A stretch of DNA of 64,000 nt, from NCBI GenBank assembly GCA_964418365.1, contig CAYQLM010000003.1, positions 150-64,149 on the forward strand, in the 5' to 3' direction. The stretch is from an uncultured Dehalococcoidia bacterium (GTDB lineage Bacteria; Chloroflexota; Dehalococcoidia; DSTF01; RBG-16-68-14). Position numbers and translations under genes: made by a program. Shown in pieces: positions 1 to 9,645 of the stretch (positions are counted from its first letter, which is position 1; each line of letters begins with the position of its first letter). The notes under the pieces were generated by a model. That model ran no database searches. It saw nothing but the letters and a program-made list of their open reading frames with translations, and had not been told where the DNA came from.

Positions 1-462
1 CTGGAAGCGACGTTGATGATGCTGCCGCCGCGCCCCTGCTCCACCATCGCCTTCGCCGCAGCTGACGTGCAGAGGTACACGCTCTTCAGGTTGAGCGCGT
101 ACGAGTCGTCCCAGTCCGCCTCGCTCTGCTCGAGAAACGGCAGCTGGGGCGGCCGGCCCTGGCCGAGATAGATGCCGCCGACGTTGTTTACGAGCACGTC
201 GACGCCGCCGAACGCGCGCACCGCCTCGTCGACCATCGAACGCACCTGCGCGCCGTCGCGCACGTCGCAGCCGATCGCTAGTGCTTCCGCGCCGCCGCCG
301 CGCAGCTCGCGCTCGGCCTCGCGCGCGGCGTCTTCCTTCCGGTCGGCGATGACGACCCGCGCGCCGAACGCGGCCAGCCCCTGCGCGAAGCCCTTCCCGA
401 GCCCACGCGCGCCGCCGGTGACGATCGCGACCTTGCCCGCGAGCGAGACGCGTGAGGCGTCC
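1..462 (-). CDS. Short-chain dehydrogenase/reductase (SDR), 5'-complete, 3' end runs off the window edge
   Basis: Reverse-strand translation from ATG (complement of cat at 460-462) reads MDASRVSLAGKVAIVTGGARGLGKGFAQGLAAFGARVVIADR... with the classical TGxxxGxG Rossmann motif. The forward ORF 172..483 is its antisense shadow. Confidence 0.75.
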
Positions 463-463
463 A

Positions 464-862
464 TTACATCGGCACGTCTTTGATGTGCGTGGCGATCCAC
501 CACGTATTGCCGCAGGGGTCCTTCACGGCGGCCCGCCGGTCGCCGTAGAACTGATCGGCCGGCTCCTCCGTCGATGCGCCGCCCGCCGCGACGGCGCGCT
601 TGTACATCGCGTCGACGTCCTCGAAGTAGAGGTAGAGCGCGGACGTGGTCGCGCCGGGGTTCCCTTCGCCGGGCTGGCCCATCATCACGACCGAGTCGCC
701 GATGCGCACCTCGGCGTGCGCGATGGCCCCGTCGGGGCCGGGCATGCGCCCGATCTCCTCGGCGCCGAGACCGTTCTTCAGGAACTCGATGAGCTTGGCG
801 GCATCGTTCACGAGCAGATACGGCGTGACGGTGTGATAGCCATCGGGGATTGGCTTGACCAT
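464..862 (-). CDS. VOC/glyoxalase-bleomycin resistance family protein (PhnB-like)
   Basis: 132 aa. Typical VOC-fold sequence (YHTVTPYLLVNDAAKLIEFLKNGLGAEE...GNTWWIATH) of the expected size. Confidence 0.75.
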   Translation of the reverse strand: MVKPIPDGYHTVTPYLLVNDAAKLIEFLKNGLGAEEIGRMPGPDGAIAHAEVRIGDSVVMMGQPGEGNPGATTSALYLYFEDVDAMYKRAVAAGGASTEEPADQFYGDRRAAVKDPCGNTWWIATHIKDVPM

Positions 863-918
863 GGTGACCCTCCTTCGCTCGATGCGGTAGCGAGCGCTAT
901 TCTACTACAGCCGCGCCA

Positions 919-3726
919 GTGAACGCGGACAGCTCGAGCCACTGGGATGCCGACGATGGACACCGCCCTTTGAGCCAACCCGCGCGCCCGGCCCTGCGCC
1001 GCTCGATCGCCACGTGGCGCCCGGCCCGAACCCAGGTCCAGGCCGTCGCGCTGCTGGCGGCGGCCGGCTTCGCCTACAACGGCGCGCGCATCCTCAACGA
1101 CAGCCCCCAGCGTACTACGCCGGTCCTGGACAACTTCGATGCCTCGCTGCCCTGGCTGGGCCTCGCGCTGCTGGCGCTCGTCGTGGCGGCGCTCAGCTAC
1201 CGGCCCGTGCGCCTGCATTGGCGCGCAGGCGCGCTGGCCGAGCTCTGGCGCGCCCACTGGGTTGAGATCCTCCTCTTCGCCGGCATCTTCGCCTTCGGCG
1301 TGTTCATGCGCGTCTACCGCTTCCAGAGCTCGCTGCCGCCGTCGGACGGCCTCTGCTGCGAGGAGTCGATCAACGGCGGCGTCGCCTATCGCGCGCTGCA
1401 GGGGATGCGGCCGCTCAACTTCCTGATCACGCGCTGGGGCAGCGCGGCGGGCTTCGCCGTCTTCGGCGAGAACACACTCGGCCTACGCTTCTTCTTCGTC
1501 GTGATGGGCATCGTCACACTCATCGCGTTCTACTTCCTGCTCCGCGAGCTCGTCAGCGTGCCCGTCGCGCTGTTCGGCATGGCGCTCTACGCCGCAGCGT
1601 GGTGGCCTTCGTTGCGCGCGCGTCAGGCTTCCGAAGGCACGATCTACGCCGTGCTGTTCGCGCTCGTCCTCGTACGCGGATTGAAGACGAAGAACCCCCT
1701 CTGGCTGCTCGCCGCCGGCGTGCTGGCAGGGCTGCTGTCATACGAATACGAGCCGTTCAAAGCTGTGCCGATCGTCGGCGCGCTTTTTCTCGGCGCAGCG
1801 GCCGCGCGCGAGGTGCTCCTGCGCGCGCCGATCTCACCCTCTGCCGCCTTGACGCGCGCTCGAGCGCTGACACGCGTCGCATGGCAGCCGCTCATCATCG
1901 CGCTGATGGCGACGGCGGTCGTGCTGGTCCCGATGATCGTCGGCACACACCGCGGCCTCGATCTCTACCTGACCTCCGTGCACCGGCAGGAGGGCGGCCG
2001 CGCGGGCGATACAGTCGCGAGCCAGTGGCGGACGCAGCTCAAGTGGGAGGCGCAGATCTTCCTTCCGATCGGCCCGAACGAGTATCCCACCTCGCCACCG
2101 CGCGACATCCCCGGCAAGGACCTGCTCGATCCGTTGACGGGCTGGCTGGCGCTGGCGGGACTGGTAGGCGGCGTCGTGTTTGCGTTCCGCAGCCTCCGCG
2201 CGCTGTTTGCGGGCTGGGTTATCGTCAGCATCGGCGCGGGGGCGTTGCTGCTGACGGACTTCGGGCCGTGGAAGTTCATCACGCTCGTGCCGGTGCTCAT
2301 CGCGCTCATTGCGTTCCTGCTGGATGACGCGCGCCGCCTCGTTACGGACCGTTTCGCGCAACGCGGCGCGATGGCGTTCGGCGCGCTGCTCGTCGCCGGC
2401 GCAGCGTTCATCTTCTGGTGGAACGCTGACACGCTCTTCCGGCAGGTGGCGCCGTCGAGCGTTGTCGCCCAGAGCTACGGCGGCGAACGGGCGATGATCT
2501 ACTCCGTCTGCCACGATCTGCAGGGACGCCCGAACGACAACTACACTGTCGCGTACAGCGGCGACGGCGGGCTCAATGGCTTCGCGCAGCGCCGTGACAG
2601 CTTCGACGCGGAGCTGCGTGCCTGGGGCGACTTCATCTGGATCTGCCACGACGTGAAGGGTGCCGCGGTGCCGGCTGTGGAAGAGCTGTGGCCACTGCGG
2701 GATCTACCGCCCGGGCCGCTGACGATCGTGGTCGCAGATCCGCTTGGGAAGATCGACGACGCTCTTGCGCAACTGCGTCAGGTATACCCGTCGCTCGGCG
2801 ACCCCAGCCGGCGCGGCGGCGGGACGAAGCAGGGGTACGAGTACGTCGAGTACAACTTCGCCAGCGCGAGGGAGTTGGGCACGCCAGGGCTCTCGGCACA
2901 GTACATCGCGGAGAACGACACCCAGGCGCCGGGCCGCGTTGATCCCGTCAACGATCTGAACTGGGACCAGGTCGGGCTCCCGCTTCCGCCGCCGTTCTTG
3001 GTGCGCTGGCGAGGGCTTATCTACTACTCGGGCAGGTCTAGTTCGGCGAGCCTCCATGCGCTGACGGACGAGGCTGTGGTCATCAGCATCGACAACCAAA
3101 TCTTCTATGACACGCGACCAGGGCAACAACGGGACGTGGTGAACGATCTCGTCGCCGGATGGCATCAGGTCGACATCGCGCTCGAAAAGCAACACGCGGG
3201 CGGCAGCCTTCGCCTGGTGTGGACATCGCCCGATGACCGAGACCGCCCGGTCTTGGCACAAGATCTCTTCCCGATTTCATCGATCGCCGGTTGGGTACAC
3301 CAGCGCTCGCTCGGGCTGCCGAGCGATCCGAAACAGCAGATCACGCAGCGCTTTGATTTCGAGCCGCACTTCGTCTCAACCGCGCCGCTGACGGCAGCTG
3401 CGCGGACGACGTCGTCGGAACCGATCCTCACGGAGGAGCGCTGGCGCGCCGTATGGCACGTCGATCAAGCGGGCGATTACACGCTGCGCGCAGACTTCCC
3501 GGCGGGGACGGTGACGCTGCTGGTCGACGGCGCGCAGGTGGCGTCGGAACAGACACCGCTTTCCGGCCCTGGCCAACTGCAAGCAACGGTCTCACTCACG
3601 GCGGGGCCCCACACGGTCGAGCTGGTGCAGAAGCTCGACACTGACGTACCAGTCGCGGGGCTCACGCTCTCTGCCATCCCGCCCGGTCAGTCACAGCCCA
3701 TGCAGATGAACGTGACGCCGTACTAG
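919..3726 (+). CDS. GT-C-fold polytopic membrane glycosyltransferase candidate with a large C-terminal beta-sandwich (PA14/lectin-like) domain
   Basis: 935 aa. N-terminal ~450 aa have more than 10 predicted TM helices. The first extracytoplasmic loop contains CCEESINGG, matching the DESAIINGA loop of the paralogs at 15788 and 18103. The C-terminal ~350 aa are soluble, with a PA14-like stretch (DYTLRADFPAGTVTLLVDGAQVASEQ...TAGPHTVELVQKL). GTG start; exact start uncertain. Confidence 0.55.
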   Translation: MNADSSSHWDADDGHRPLSQPARPALRRSIATWRPARTQVQAVALLAAAGFAYNGARILNDSPQRTTPVLDNFDASLPWLGLALLALVVAALSYRPVRLHWRAGALAELWRAHWVEILLFAGIFAFGVFMRVYRFQSSLPPSDGLCCEESINGGVAYRALQGMRPLNFLITRWGSAAGFAVFGENTLGLRFFFVVMGIVTLIAFYFLLRELVSVPVALFGMALYAAAWWPSLRARQASEGTIYAVLFALVLVRGLKTKNPLWLLAAGVLAGLLSYEYEPFKAVPIVGALFLGAAAAREVLLRAPISPSAALTRARALTRVAWQPLIIALMATAVVLVPMIVGTHRGLDLYLTSVHRQEGGRAGDTVASQWRTQLKWEAQIFLPIGPNEYPTSPPRDIPGKDLLDPLTGWLALAGLVGGVVFAFRSLRALFAGWVIVSIGAGALLLTDFGPWKFITLVPVLIALIAFLLDDARRLVTDRFAQRGAMAFGALLVAGAAFIFWWNADTLFRQVAPSSVVAQSYGGERAMIYSVCHDLQGRPNDNYTVAYSGDGGLNGFAQRRDSFDAELRAWGDFIWICHDVKGAAVPAVEELWPLRDLPPGPLTIVVADPLGKIDDALAQLRQVYPSLGDPSRRGGGTKQGYEYVEYNFASARELGTPGLSAQYIAENDTQAPGRVDPVNDLNWDQVGLPLPPPFLVRWRGLIYYSGRSSSASLHALTDEAVVISIDNQIFYDTRPGQQRDVVNDLVAGWHQVDIALEKQHAGGSLRLVWTSPDDRDRPVLAQDLFPISSIAGWVHQRSLGLPSDPKQQITQRFDFEPHFVSTAPLTAAARTTSSEPILTEERWRAVWHVDQAGDYTLRADFPAGTVTLLVDGAQVASEQTPLSGPGQLQATVSLTAGPHTVELVQKLDTDVPVAGLTLSAIPPGQSQPMQMNVTPY

Positions 3727-4355
3727 GCAGGCGCAAGCACGTACGCCCGCTCCATGAACAGGCCCCGCAGCAGCGCGTGGCTCCCAACGGCGCGCAGTCC
3801 ACTCTCCGCAAACTCCTGCTCGAGCTCGCTGGCGGAGACGTAGTAGCGCGGCACCGGCTTCCGCAGCAGCAGACCGTAGAAGAGCCACCAGATCGCCATC
3901 CGATGCGGTTGGTAGACGGCCACGACACGTCCGCGCGCGACACGGGCCAGCTCGCGCAGCACGGCGATGCGCGCCTCGCGCGGCAGGTGCGACAGCAGCC
4001 TGAAGCAGACCGCGGCATCGACGCTCTTGTCCGCGAAGGGCAACCGCTCTCCTTCGCCGCGCACGAGCGCCGCTTGGGCCGAGAGCGCGCGCGCCCGGCC
4101 GAGCATCGGCAGCGAGATGTCCGCCCCAACAACGCGGTAACCGGCCTCCGCGAGCCAGCGCGCCATCCGTCCCGTGCCGGTCGGCAGGTCGAGCATAAGC
4201 GCAGCGGCCGGCAGCCCGGCGATCGAACGCATCAGGAGCCGCCGCTCGAGTTGGTTGACGAAGCGGCCGCGAAGACCGCGAAAGCGCGCGTCATCGTACG
4301 TCGCAGCGATCTCCTCGCGCTGGTAGTGCCGCTTCGCACCGTAGGTCTCGGTCAC
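3723..4355 (-). CDS. Class I SAM-dependent methyltransferase (Methyltransf_11-like)
   Basis: 210 aa. Motif I DLPTGTGRMARWLAEAGYRVVGADIS and a post-I acidic residue. Its start overlaps the upstream gene stop (ATGA coupling). Confidence 0.8.
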   Translation of the reverse strand: MTETYGAKRHYQREEIAATYDDARFRGLRGRFVNQLERRLLMRSIAGLPAAALMLDLPTGTGRMARWLAEAGYRVVGADISLPMLGRARALSAQAALVRGEGERLPFADKSVDAAVCFRLLSHLPREARIAVLRELARVARGRVVAVYQPHRMAIWWLFYGLLLRKPVPRYYVSASELEQEFAESGLRAVGSHALLRGLFMERAYVLAPA

Positions 4356-5326
4356 GACAAGGCACCTTGCGTCTCGCCGAGGAGATCGCGCAGCACGTCG
4401 GGCGTCAGTGTTCCCTTGGGGAGCGTCAGCCGCTCGCAGCGCGCACCGGCTAGCCCGCGTGCGAGCACGTCGCGCCAGCGCGAGGCGCCGGACTCATCGC
4501 TTCGCAGCGCGTCAGACACACCGTAGACGTCGTCGTGGCGCGCCGCGGCGCGCGCGAGCGCTTCAATCACGTCCTCTGCCCGCGCCGGTTCGCTGCGCCG
4601 TCCCGATCCGTTGCCGCGTTCGAGCCAGACAATCCGTGACAGCGCACCGCCGTTCGTACCGCCCTCGAGACCGAGCTCATCCGGCGCAACGTGCACCAGC
4701 GGGTCGAGCCGTCTAGCGGTCACTAGCGCCGCGGTCGCCGCTGCCCGCAGCGCGAGGCCCCGCCGTGCAGACAAACGTCGCGCGAGCTGAGGGGCTGCGG
4801 CGAGCGCCGCGCTCCGTAGAGCGATGACGCGAAGCACGGGCGTCACAACGCCCGCCGCCGAGACGCCGATGTACTCGTCGCCCGAGAGACGCGCGCCGGA
4901 TCCGAGCGCCGCCAGCAGCAGCGCCGTCTTGCCCGAGCCGGTCTCGCCGGCCAGCACGGTGGCTTTGCCGCCGGACGCGAACGCCGCGCCCGTGATGAGC
5001 GCGATGTCCCGCTGGAGGAGCAAGCGCCGGAGCGCCGGCAGCAGCGCGATGTGCAGCGCGAGATACTCGCGCAGGAGCGGGCTGCGCCAGGAGAGCGCGA
5101 GCCGGCCATCGGGTCGCGCCGTCACGCCACAGCGCCACGGGACGCCCCTGTAACGTCCTTGCGCAATATCGCCGGTCACATCCTTAGCGCCCAGTTCCAA
5201 GAAAAGCGTCGGCACTGCGTGCGGCGCAACCTCGCTGCCGAGGCAGCGGGCGAGCAGCGCCGGCCGCTTCGAGGCGCGCAGCGTGACGGTGATGTCGGGC
5301 GGAACGTCGAACGACCAGTCGCTCAT
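4352..5326 (-). CDS. HprK-related P-loop kinase-domain protein
   Basis: Walker A VLAGETGSGKTALLLAALGSGARLSGDEYIGV resembles the HPr kinase/phosphorylase C-terminal domain. Start placed at MSDWSF (ATG 5324-5326), overlapping the upstream GT2 stop. The longer ORF-track N-terminus (to 5647) is antisense overlap of the GT2 gene. Confidence 0.5.
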   Translation of the reverse strand: MSDWSFDVPPDITVTLRASKRPALLARCLGSEVAPHAVPTLFLELGAKDVTGDIAQGRYRGVPWRCGVTARPDGRLALSWRSPLLREYLALHIALLPALRRLLLQRDIALITGAAFASGGKATVLAGETGSGKTALLLAALGSGARLSGDEYIGVSAAGVVTPVLRVIALRSAALAAAPQLARRLSARRGLALRAAATAALVTARRLDPLVHVAPDELGLEGGTNGGALSRIVWLERGNGSGRRSEPARAEDVIEALARAAARHDDVYGVSDALRSDESGASRWRDVLARGLAGARCERLTLPKGTLTPDVLRDLLGETQGALS

Positions 5327-6342
5327 TGCGCGCCGGCGCTGCGCGTCCAGAGCGCGCGCAGGCACCACGAACGGTTGCGCGCGGCCTGCTCGCGCACCTG
5401 ACGCCGCTTCGCCGCGTACTTGGGCAGCTGGACGAGCATCGTCGCGAGCGCGAGCAGCGTCGCGGGCGCCAGCGCGAGGCCGTAGAGGAGCTGCCGCTTC
5501 CGTTTCAGGCCGAACTCGAGGGCATTGAACGGCGCACCGATCGTCATCAGCGGTACCATCAGCGCGAACTCCCAGCCGGACATCACCTTGTAGAACGCCA
5601 GGTAGCGATTGCGGATGATACGCACCGTTTTCGTCGCCGTCCCCCACGAAAGGCCGGCCTGCAATCGGTGCTTGTGGTAGACGACGGCGCGCGGCACGGC
5701 CACGGACCGATAGCCCAGCGCGCGAACGCGCAGCCCGAGATCGAGGTCCTCAGCGTAGGCGAAGAAGTCCCTGTCGAACACGTACCCCAGCTCTTCACCT
5801 ACACTGCGTCGGAGCACGATGCAGACGCCGTGCAGGAACAGCGTGTCGTACAGCCGATCCGAGGTCGGCAACCGCTTGTACCCGATATAGCCGAGGCGGT
5901 TCACCTCCGATGTGTACGCGACTGTCGACGCCGCGCGCGTCTCGATGCCGCGGTACTCCGGGTACCAGGGCTGGATGATGTTCGCGTGGCCCGCCGCGAT
6001 CTGCGGTGACGATCGCATTGCATCGATTAGCTCGCGCAGGCACGATCGATGGACGACCGTGTCCTCGTTCAAGAAGACGGCTAAGCTGCCCGTCGTGTTG
6101 CGGAAGCCAATGTTGTTGCCCTCCGCGTAGCCTTCGTTGCGCTCGAGCGTCAGCACGCGTGCGCGAGGATACTGCTCGCGCACCAGGTCACCGCAGCGGT
6201 CGCGCGATCCGTTGTCGATGTAGAGCACTTCGTACTGGTCCGCCGGTAGGTCCTGGTCGAGCACGGACGAGAGGCAGCCATCGACGAACTCGCGGCCCCA
6301 GTAGCCGAGGATGATCACGCTCGCGAGCGGCGCTCCCGGCAT
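5323..6342 (-). CDS. Family 2 glycosyltransferase (GT-A fold)
   Basis: 339 aa. VIILGYW...DQDLPADQYEVLYIDNGSRD, a DxD-like EDLD motif, and a membrane-associated C-terminus. Confidence 0.8.
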   Translation of the reverse strand: MPGAPLASVIILGYWGREFVDGCLSSVLDQDLPADQYEVLYIDNGSRDRCGDLVREQYPRARVLTLERNEGYAEGNNIGFRNTTGSLAVFLNEDTVVHRSCLRELIDAMRSSPQIAAGHANIIQPWYPEYRGIETRAASTVAYTSEVNRLGYIGYKRLPTSDRLYDTLFLHGVCIVLRRSVGEELGYVFDRDFFAYAEDLDLGLRVRALGYRSVAVPRAVVYHKHRLQAGLSWGTATKTVRIIRNRYLAFYKVMSGWEFALMVPLMTIGAPFNALEFGLKRKRQLLYGLALAPATLLALATMLVQLPKYAAKRRQVREQAARNRSWCLRALWTRSAGAQ

Positions 6343-7509
6343 CTATCGCTCGTCCATCAGCAACGCCGTCAGAAAGCCGCCCAACGCCATGTTCGCGCCG
6401 ATAATGATGGTGGTCTGCGCCGTCGCCGCGAGGCCTTCGGTGCGGCCGGAGTGGTGCTTCGCCAGCCACTCGAAGAAGATCACCCCGTCCAGGCCGACGC
6501 CGATCAGGATCAGCAGCGCCGCCAGCGCGAGCATGCGCTCCAGCGTGACGAGGCGGTTGAACAGAATGGTGAGGCCGTCTTCCGGGATGATCTTGCGCTT
6601 CGCCGCATACAGGTGCGTCGAGATGCCGATCATCATCGCGTTCGCGCCGATGATCAGCAGAATTCCGCCCGCGAACACGGGCTGCCACCTCAGCGTGCCG
6701 ATGTGCACGCCGCTCTGCGAAGCGAGCGTGACGCCGAGCGCCAACGCGCCTAGCAGTACGAGCACGAGCCCCGGTACGAGAAAGAGATAGAGGGGCGTAT
6801 TGAGCAGCAGGAAGCGCAGGTGCCGCCAGCCGTCTCGGAAGGTGTTCAGCTTGCTCTCGCCCTGGCGCGCCGAGTACGGCACCGGCACCTCGGCGATGCG
6901 CAGCCCGCGCCTCGAAGCCTTGAGGATCATCTCGGACGCCAGCTCCATCCCGTTCGAGCGCAGCTCCATCTTCTCGTACGCCGCGCGGGTGAATGCGCGC
7001 AGACCGCACTGGCTATCGCCGACGCGCGCGCCCGCGAACAGCCCGAGGAGCATCGTGATCGCCGGCGTGCCGATGACGCGATGGCTCCACGTCATCGAGC
7101 CCGGTGCCAGGTTTTGCAATCGATTGCCCACGGTCATGTCATATCCGTTGCGCAGCGGCTCGATAAGCTGGTCGAGGTGAAGCAGGTCGTACGTGTCGTC
7201 CGCATCCGCCATGACGATGATCTCGCCGCGCGCCTCCGCGAAGCCGCGCCGGTTCGCCGCCCCGTAGCCCTCTACCCGCTCGTCGACGACGGTTGCGCCA
7301 GCGCGCTCCGCTTCTTCGCGCGACCGGTCCGTCGAACCGTTGTCGACGACGATCACCTCGCCCCGCAGGCCGGCATCGCGGAACCAGCGACGCGCCTTCG
7401 AAACGCACGCCGCGACCGTCGCGGCTTCGTTCAGGCACGGCAGCACGACGGAGACGTCGCATTGCGTCTCACGCGCTGTTCGCCGTTCGTCTGCTGCCGC
7501 CGTCGTCAT
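6343..7509 (-). CDS. Polyprenol-phosphate sugar synthase (GT2, Ppm1/DPM1/GtrB-like) with C-terminal TM anchor
   Basis: 388 aa. VVLPCLNEAATV...VVDNGSTDRS...ADADDTYD catalytic core, followed by 4 TM helices, as in GtrB/Ppm1 lipid-monophosphosugar synthases. Confidence 0.8.
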   Translation of the reverse strand: MTTAAADERRTARETQCDVSVVLPCLNEAATVAACVSKARRWFRDAGLRGEVIVVDNGSTDRSREEAERAGATVVDERVEGYGAANRRGFAEARGEIIVMADADDTYDLLHLDQLIEPLRNGYDMTVGNRLQNLAPGSMTWSHRVIGTPAITMLLGLFAGARVGDSQCGLRAFTRAAYEKMELRSNGMELASEMILKASRRGLRIAEVPVPYSARQGESKLNTFRDGWRHLRFLLLNTPLYLFLVPGLVLVLLGALALGVTLASQSGVHIGTLRWQPVFAGGILLIIGANAMMIGISTHLYAAKRKIIPEDGLTILFNRLVTLERMLALAALLILIGVGLDGVIFFEWLAKHHSGRTEGLAATAQTTIIIGANMALGGFLTALLMDER

Positions 7510-7527
7510 CGATCGCTCATGATAGGA

Positions 7528-9645
7528 TCACTGGCCAATGCTGTAGACCTCGTACGGCCCGATCTCCGTGACGAGTTTCGCCGACGGTAGCTGGCTCAGC
7601 GCCGCGTCTGCGTTGCTCGAGTATGTAGCGATGGCGTACCGCACGTGCGATTCGCTCAGCGCGCTCGCGAGCGCATCGCCGCTGAGCTGTCCTTGGTACA
7701 GCGCCATCACGGGCGGGCGCTCCCACTGCCCGATGATAGCCTGTGAAAAGACAGGCTGTACCTGCCACAAGACGCCCGGCAGATGCAGGCTCACGTCGTC
7801 GGGCGCGAGCACGACCGGGCCCTCCGGCGCGTGCGTGCGCAGGTAGTCGATCATCTGCCGCTCGTCCGGCTTGATGCGCCACTCGCGCGAGAGCAGCCGG
7901 TCCTTCCCTCCGAGGAAGATCGAGTGCTCCGTGCCCTTCACGATCGTGTCCGTGCTCGCCCACGTGTAGTACGTGCCGTGATCCGCCGGAAAGTACAGCT
8001 CCTGCACGAGCAGCGCGCCTGAGAGGAGCACGGCAGCCGCGGCTGCGGGCGCCAGAACGCGCAAAACTGACAGACTGCTTCGCCAACGGCGCGATGATCG
8101 CAGCAGGCGGTGGACGGCGTACGCCCAGACGATCGCGGCCGGCGCCATGTACGGCAGACGCGCGGTCAGCTCGGCGGACGCCAGCTTCGCAGCGACGGTG
8201 GAGAGCGGTGGGACGAAGAACCAGGGCAGCCAGCCGAGCATCGCGGCGAGCACGGCCTGATGGGCCGGCAGCCGCCGCGCCCGCCACCAGATCAGCGGCG
8301 CGAGCACGAGCGAGCCGATCATCAGCGGGTGCAAGATGAGGTGGAAGTTGCCCATGATCATCTTGCCGAGAAGGTGGACGATCTTGAACTCCTCGCGCCA
8401 GGTGAGCGTCGTGTCGAACAAGGCCGGCCACGAGGTGTTGAAGGCGTGCCAGACGATGAACTGGCCGAACGTGAACGCGGCGAGCGGCAGCCCGAGCGCT
8501 GCCGACCACAGCAGCGGCCGCCAGGAGCGCTTCGTCGCCGACCGGAACAGCGCGAGGGCAAGCAGCGTAACGCCGAGGAACAGCAGCGGCTGCGGGTGCA
8601 CGACGAAGAGCGCGAGGCAGACGAGAGCGAAGCAGGCCAGCGTGCTCGGCCGCGCGCGCCGGAAGAACTGCGCGACGAGGAGCAGTCCGATCGGGAACAG
8701 GATGTACGTCCCGACCATCTTGTCCTCGCTCATGCGAAACAGGAAGGTTGCGCCGAGCCCTTCGTCGTGCGACATGTCGATCAGCGCGTAGCCGAGCTGG
8801 ATCAGCACCGCCAGCAGCGCCACCGAGCGGCCGCGGAACAGACCCTTCGCGAGCGCATACGTCGCCATCAGCGCGAACACGATCAAGATCGGCGTGAGAT
8901 CGTTCATCACGACGTTCTCAGCGCTGATGCCCGCCGTGCGCGCAATGGCGGCCTGGAAGACGACCCAGGCGTTGATCTCCATCCTGGGGTAGGCCGCCTC
9001 GCCGACGCCGACCGGGTGGAGCGGATTGATGTGGCCGCTGTGCAAGTAGCTGTTGACGTAGGTCATGTAGCGCCAATCGTCGAAGTTGCGCGCGAGGCGA
9101 TCGCCGCCCCAGTACGGCGACGTCAGGACGCCGCCCGCCGCGACGGCGAACAGCAGCAGCAATATCAACGTCGATGCGTTCCAGCCGCGAACGGTGCGCG
9201 TCAACCAGACGCCGGCCGCCGGCGGCGCAACGAACGCCGAGCCCGCGGCGACCACCGCCGCCACCGCGACGTGAATTCGGATGCAGGCTTCGAGACTCGT
9301 GCCGAGCCAGAGCGCGAGCAGCCCCGACGGCGCGGCGATCGCGAGACCGAGCGGGAACGCGATCGCCAGCCGTTCGACGATGTCCGCGCGCGAACGCGGC
9401 AGCAGCGCATCGTGCAGGAGCAGCCCCGGCACGATGATCATGCTCAGGAAGACAAGGATGGCTGCAGGGTAGCCGGGGAGTCCGGAGAAGACGCGCGCCT
9501 CGAGCGCCAGCAGCTCCAGGGCCAGCACCACCGCCCCGCCGAGCGCTCCGCGCGCGAGCCGGAGCATCAGGGCGCTGTCCAGCGCGGCTCCGGCCGTCAG
9601 CTCGCCGGGGCGGGCGCGCGCTTGCTTTCGAAGGCTCTCCAGCAT
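7528..9645 (-). CDS. Polytopic membrane protein (~14 TM) with C-terminal soluble domain; possible GT-C-like glycosyltransferase
   Basis: Start set at MLESLRKQ (ATG complement 9643-9645), which has a GGGGGAG RBS 8 nt upstream. First loop after TM region: YWGGDRLARNFDDWRYMTY (acidic DD). Last gene of the minus operon 3723..9645. Confidence 0.45.
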   Translation of the reverse strand: MLESLRKQARARPGELTAGAALDSALMLRLARGALGGAVVLALELLALEARVFSGLPGYPAAILVFLSMIIVPGLLLHDALLPRSRADIVERLAIAFPLGLAIAAPSGLLALWLGTSLEACIRIHVAVAAVVAAGSAFVAPPAAGVWLTRTVRGWNASTLILLLLFAVAAGGVLTSPYWGGDRLARNFDDWRYMTYVNSYLHSGHINPLHPVGVGEAAYPRMEINAWVVFQAAIARTAGISAENVVMNDLTPILIVFALMATYALAKGLFRGRSVALLAVLIQLGYALIDMSHDEGLGATFLFRMSEDKMVGTYILFPIGLLLVAQFFRRARPSTLACFALVCLALFVVHPQPLLFLGVTLLALALFRSATKRSWRPLLWSAALGLPLAAFTFGQFIVWHAFNTSWPALFDTTLTWREEFKIVHLLGKMIMGNFHLILHPLMIGSLVLAPLIWWRARRLPAHQAVLAAMLGWLPWFFVPPLSTVAAKLASAELTARLPYMAPAAIVWAYAVHRLLRSSRRWRSSLSVLRVLAPAAAAAVLLSGALLVQELYFPADHGTYYTWASTDTIVKGTEHSIFLGGKDRLLSREWRIKPDERQMIDYLRTHAPEGPVVLAPDDVSLHLPGVLWQVQPVFSQAIIGQWERPPVMALYQGQLSGDALASALSESHVRYAIATYSSNADAALSQLPSAKLVTEIGPYEVYSIGQ

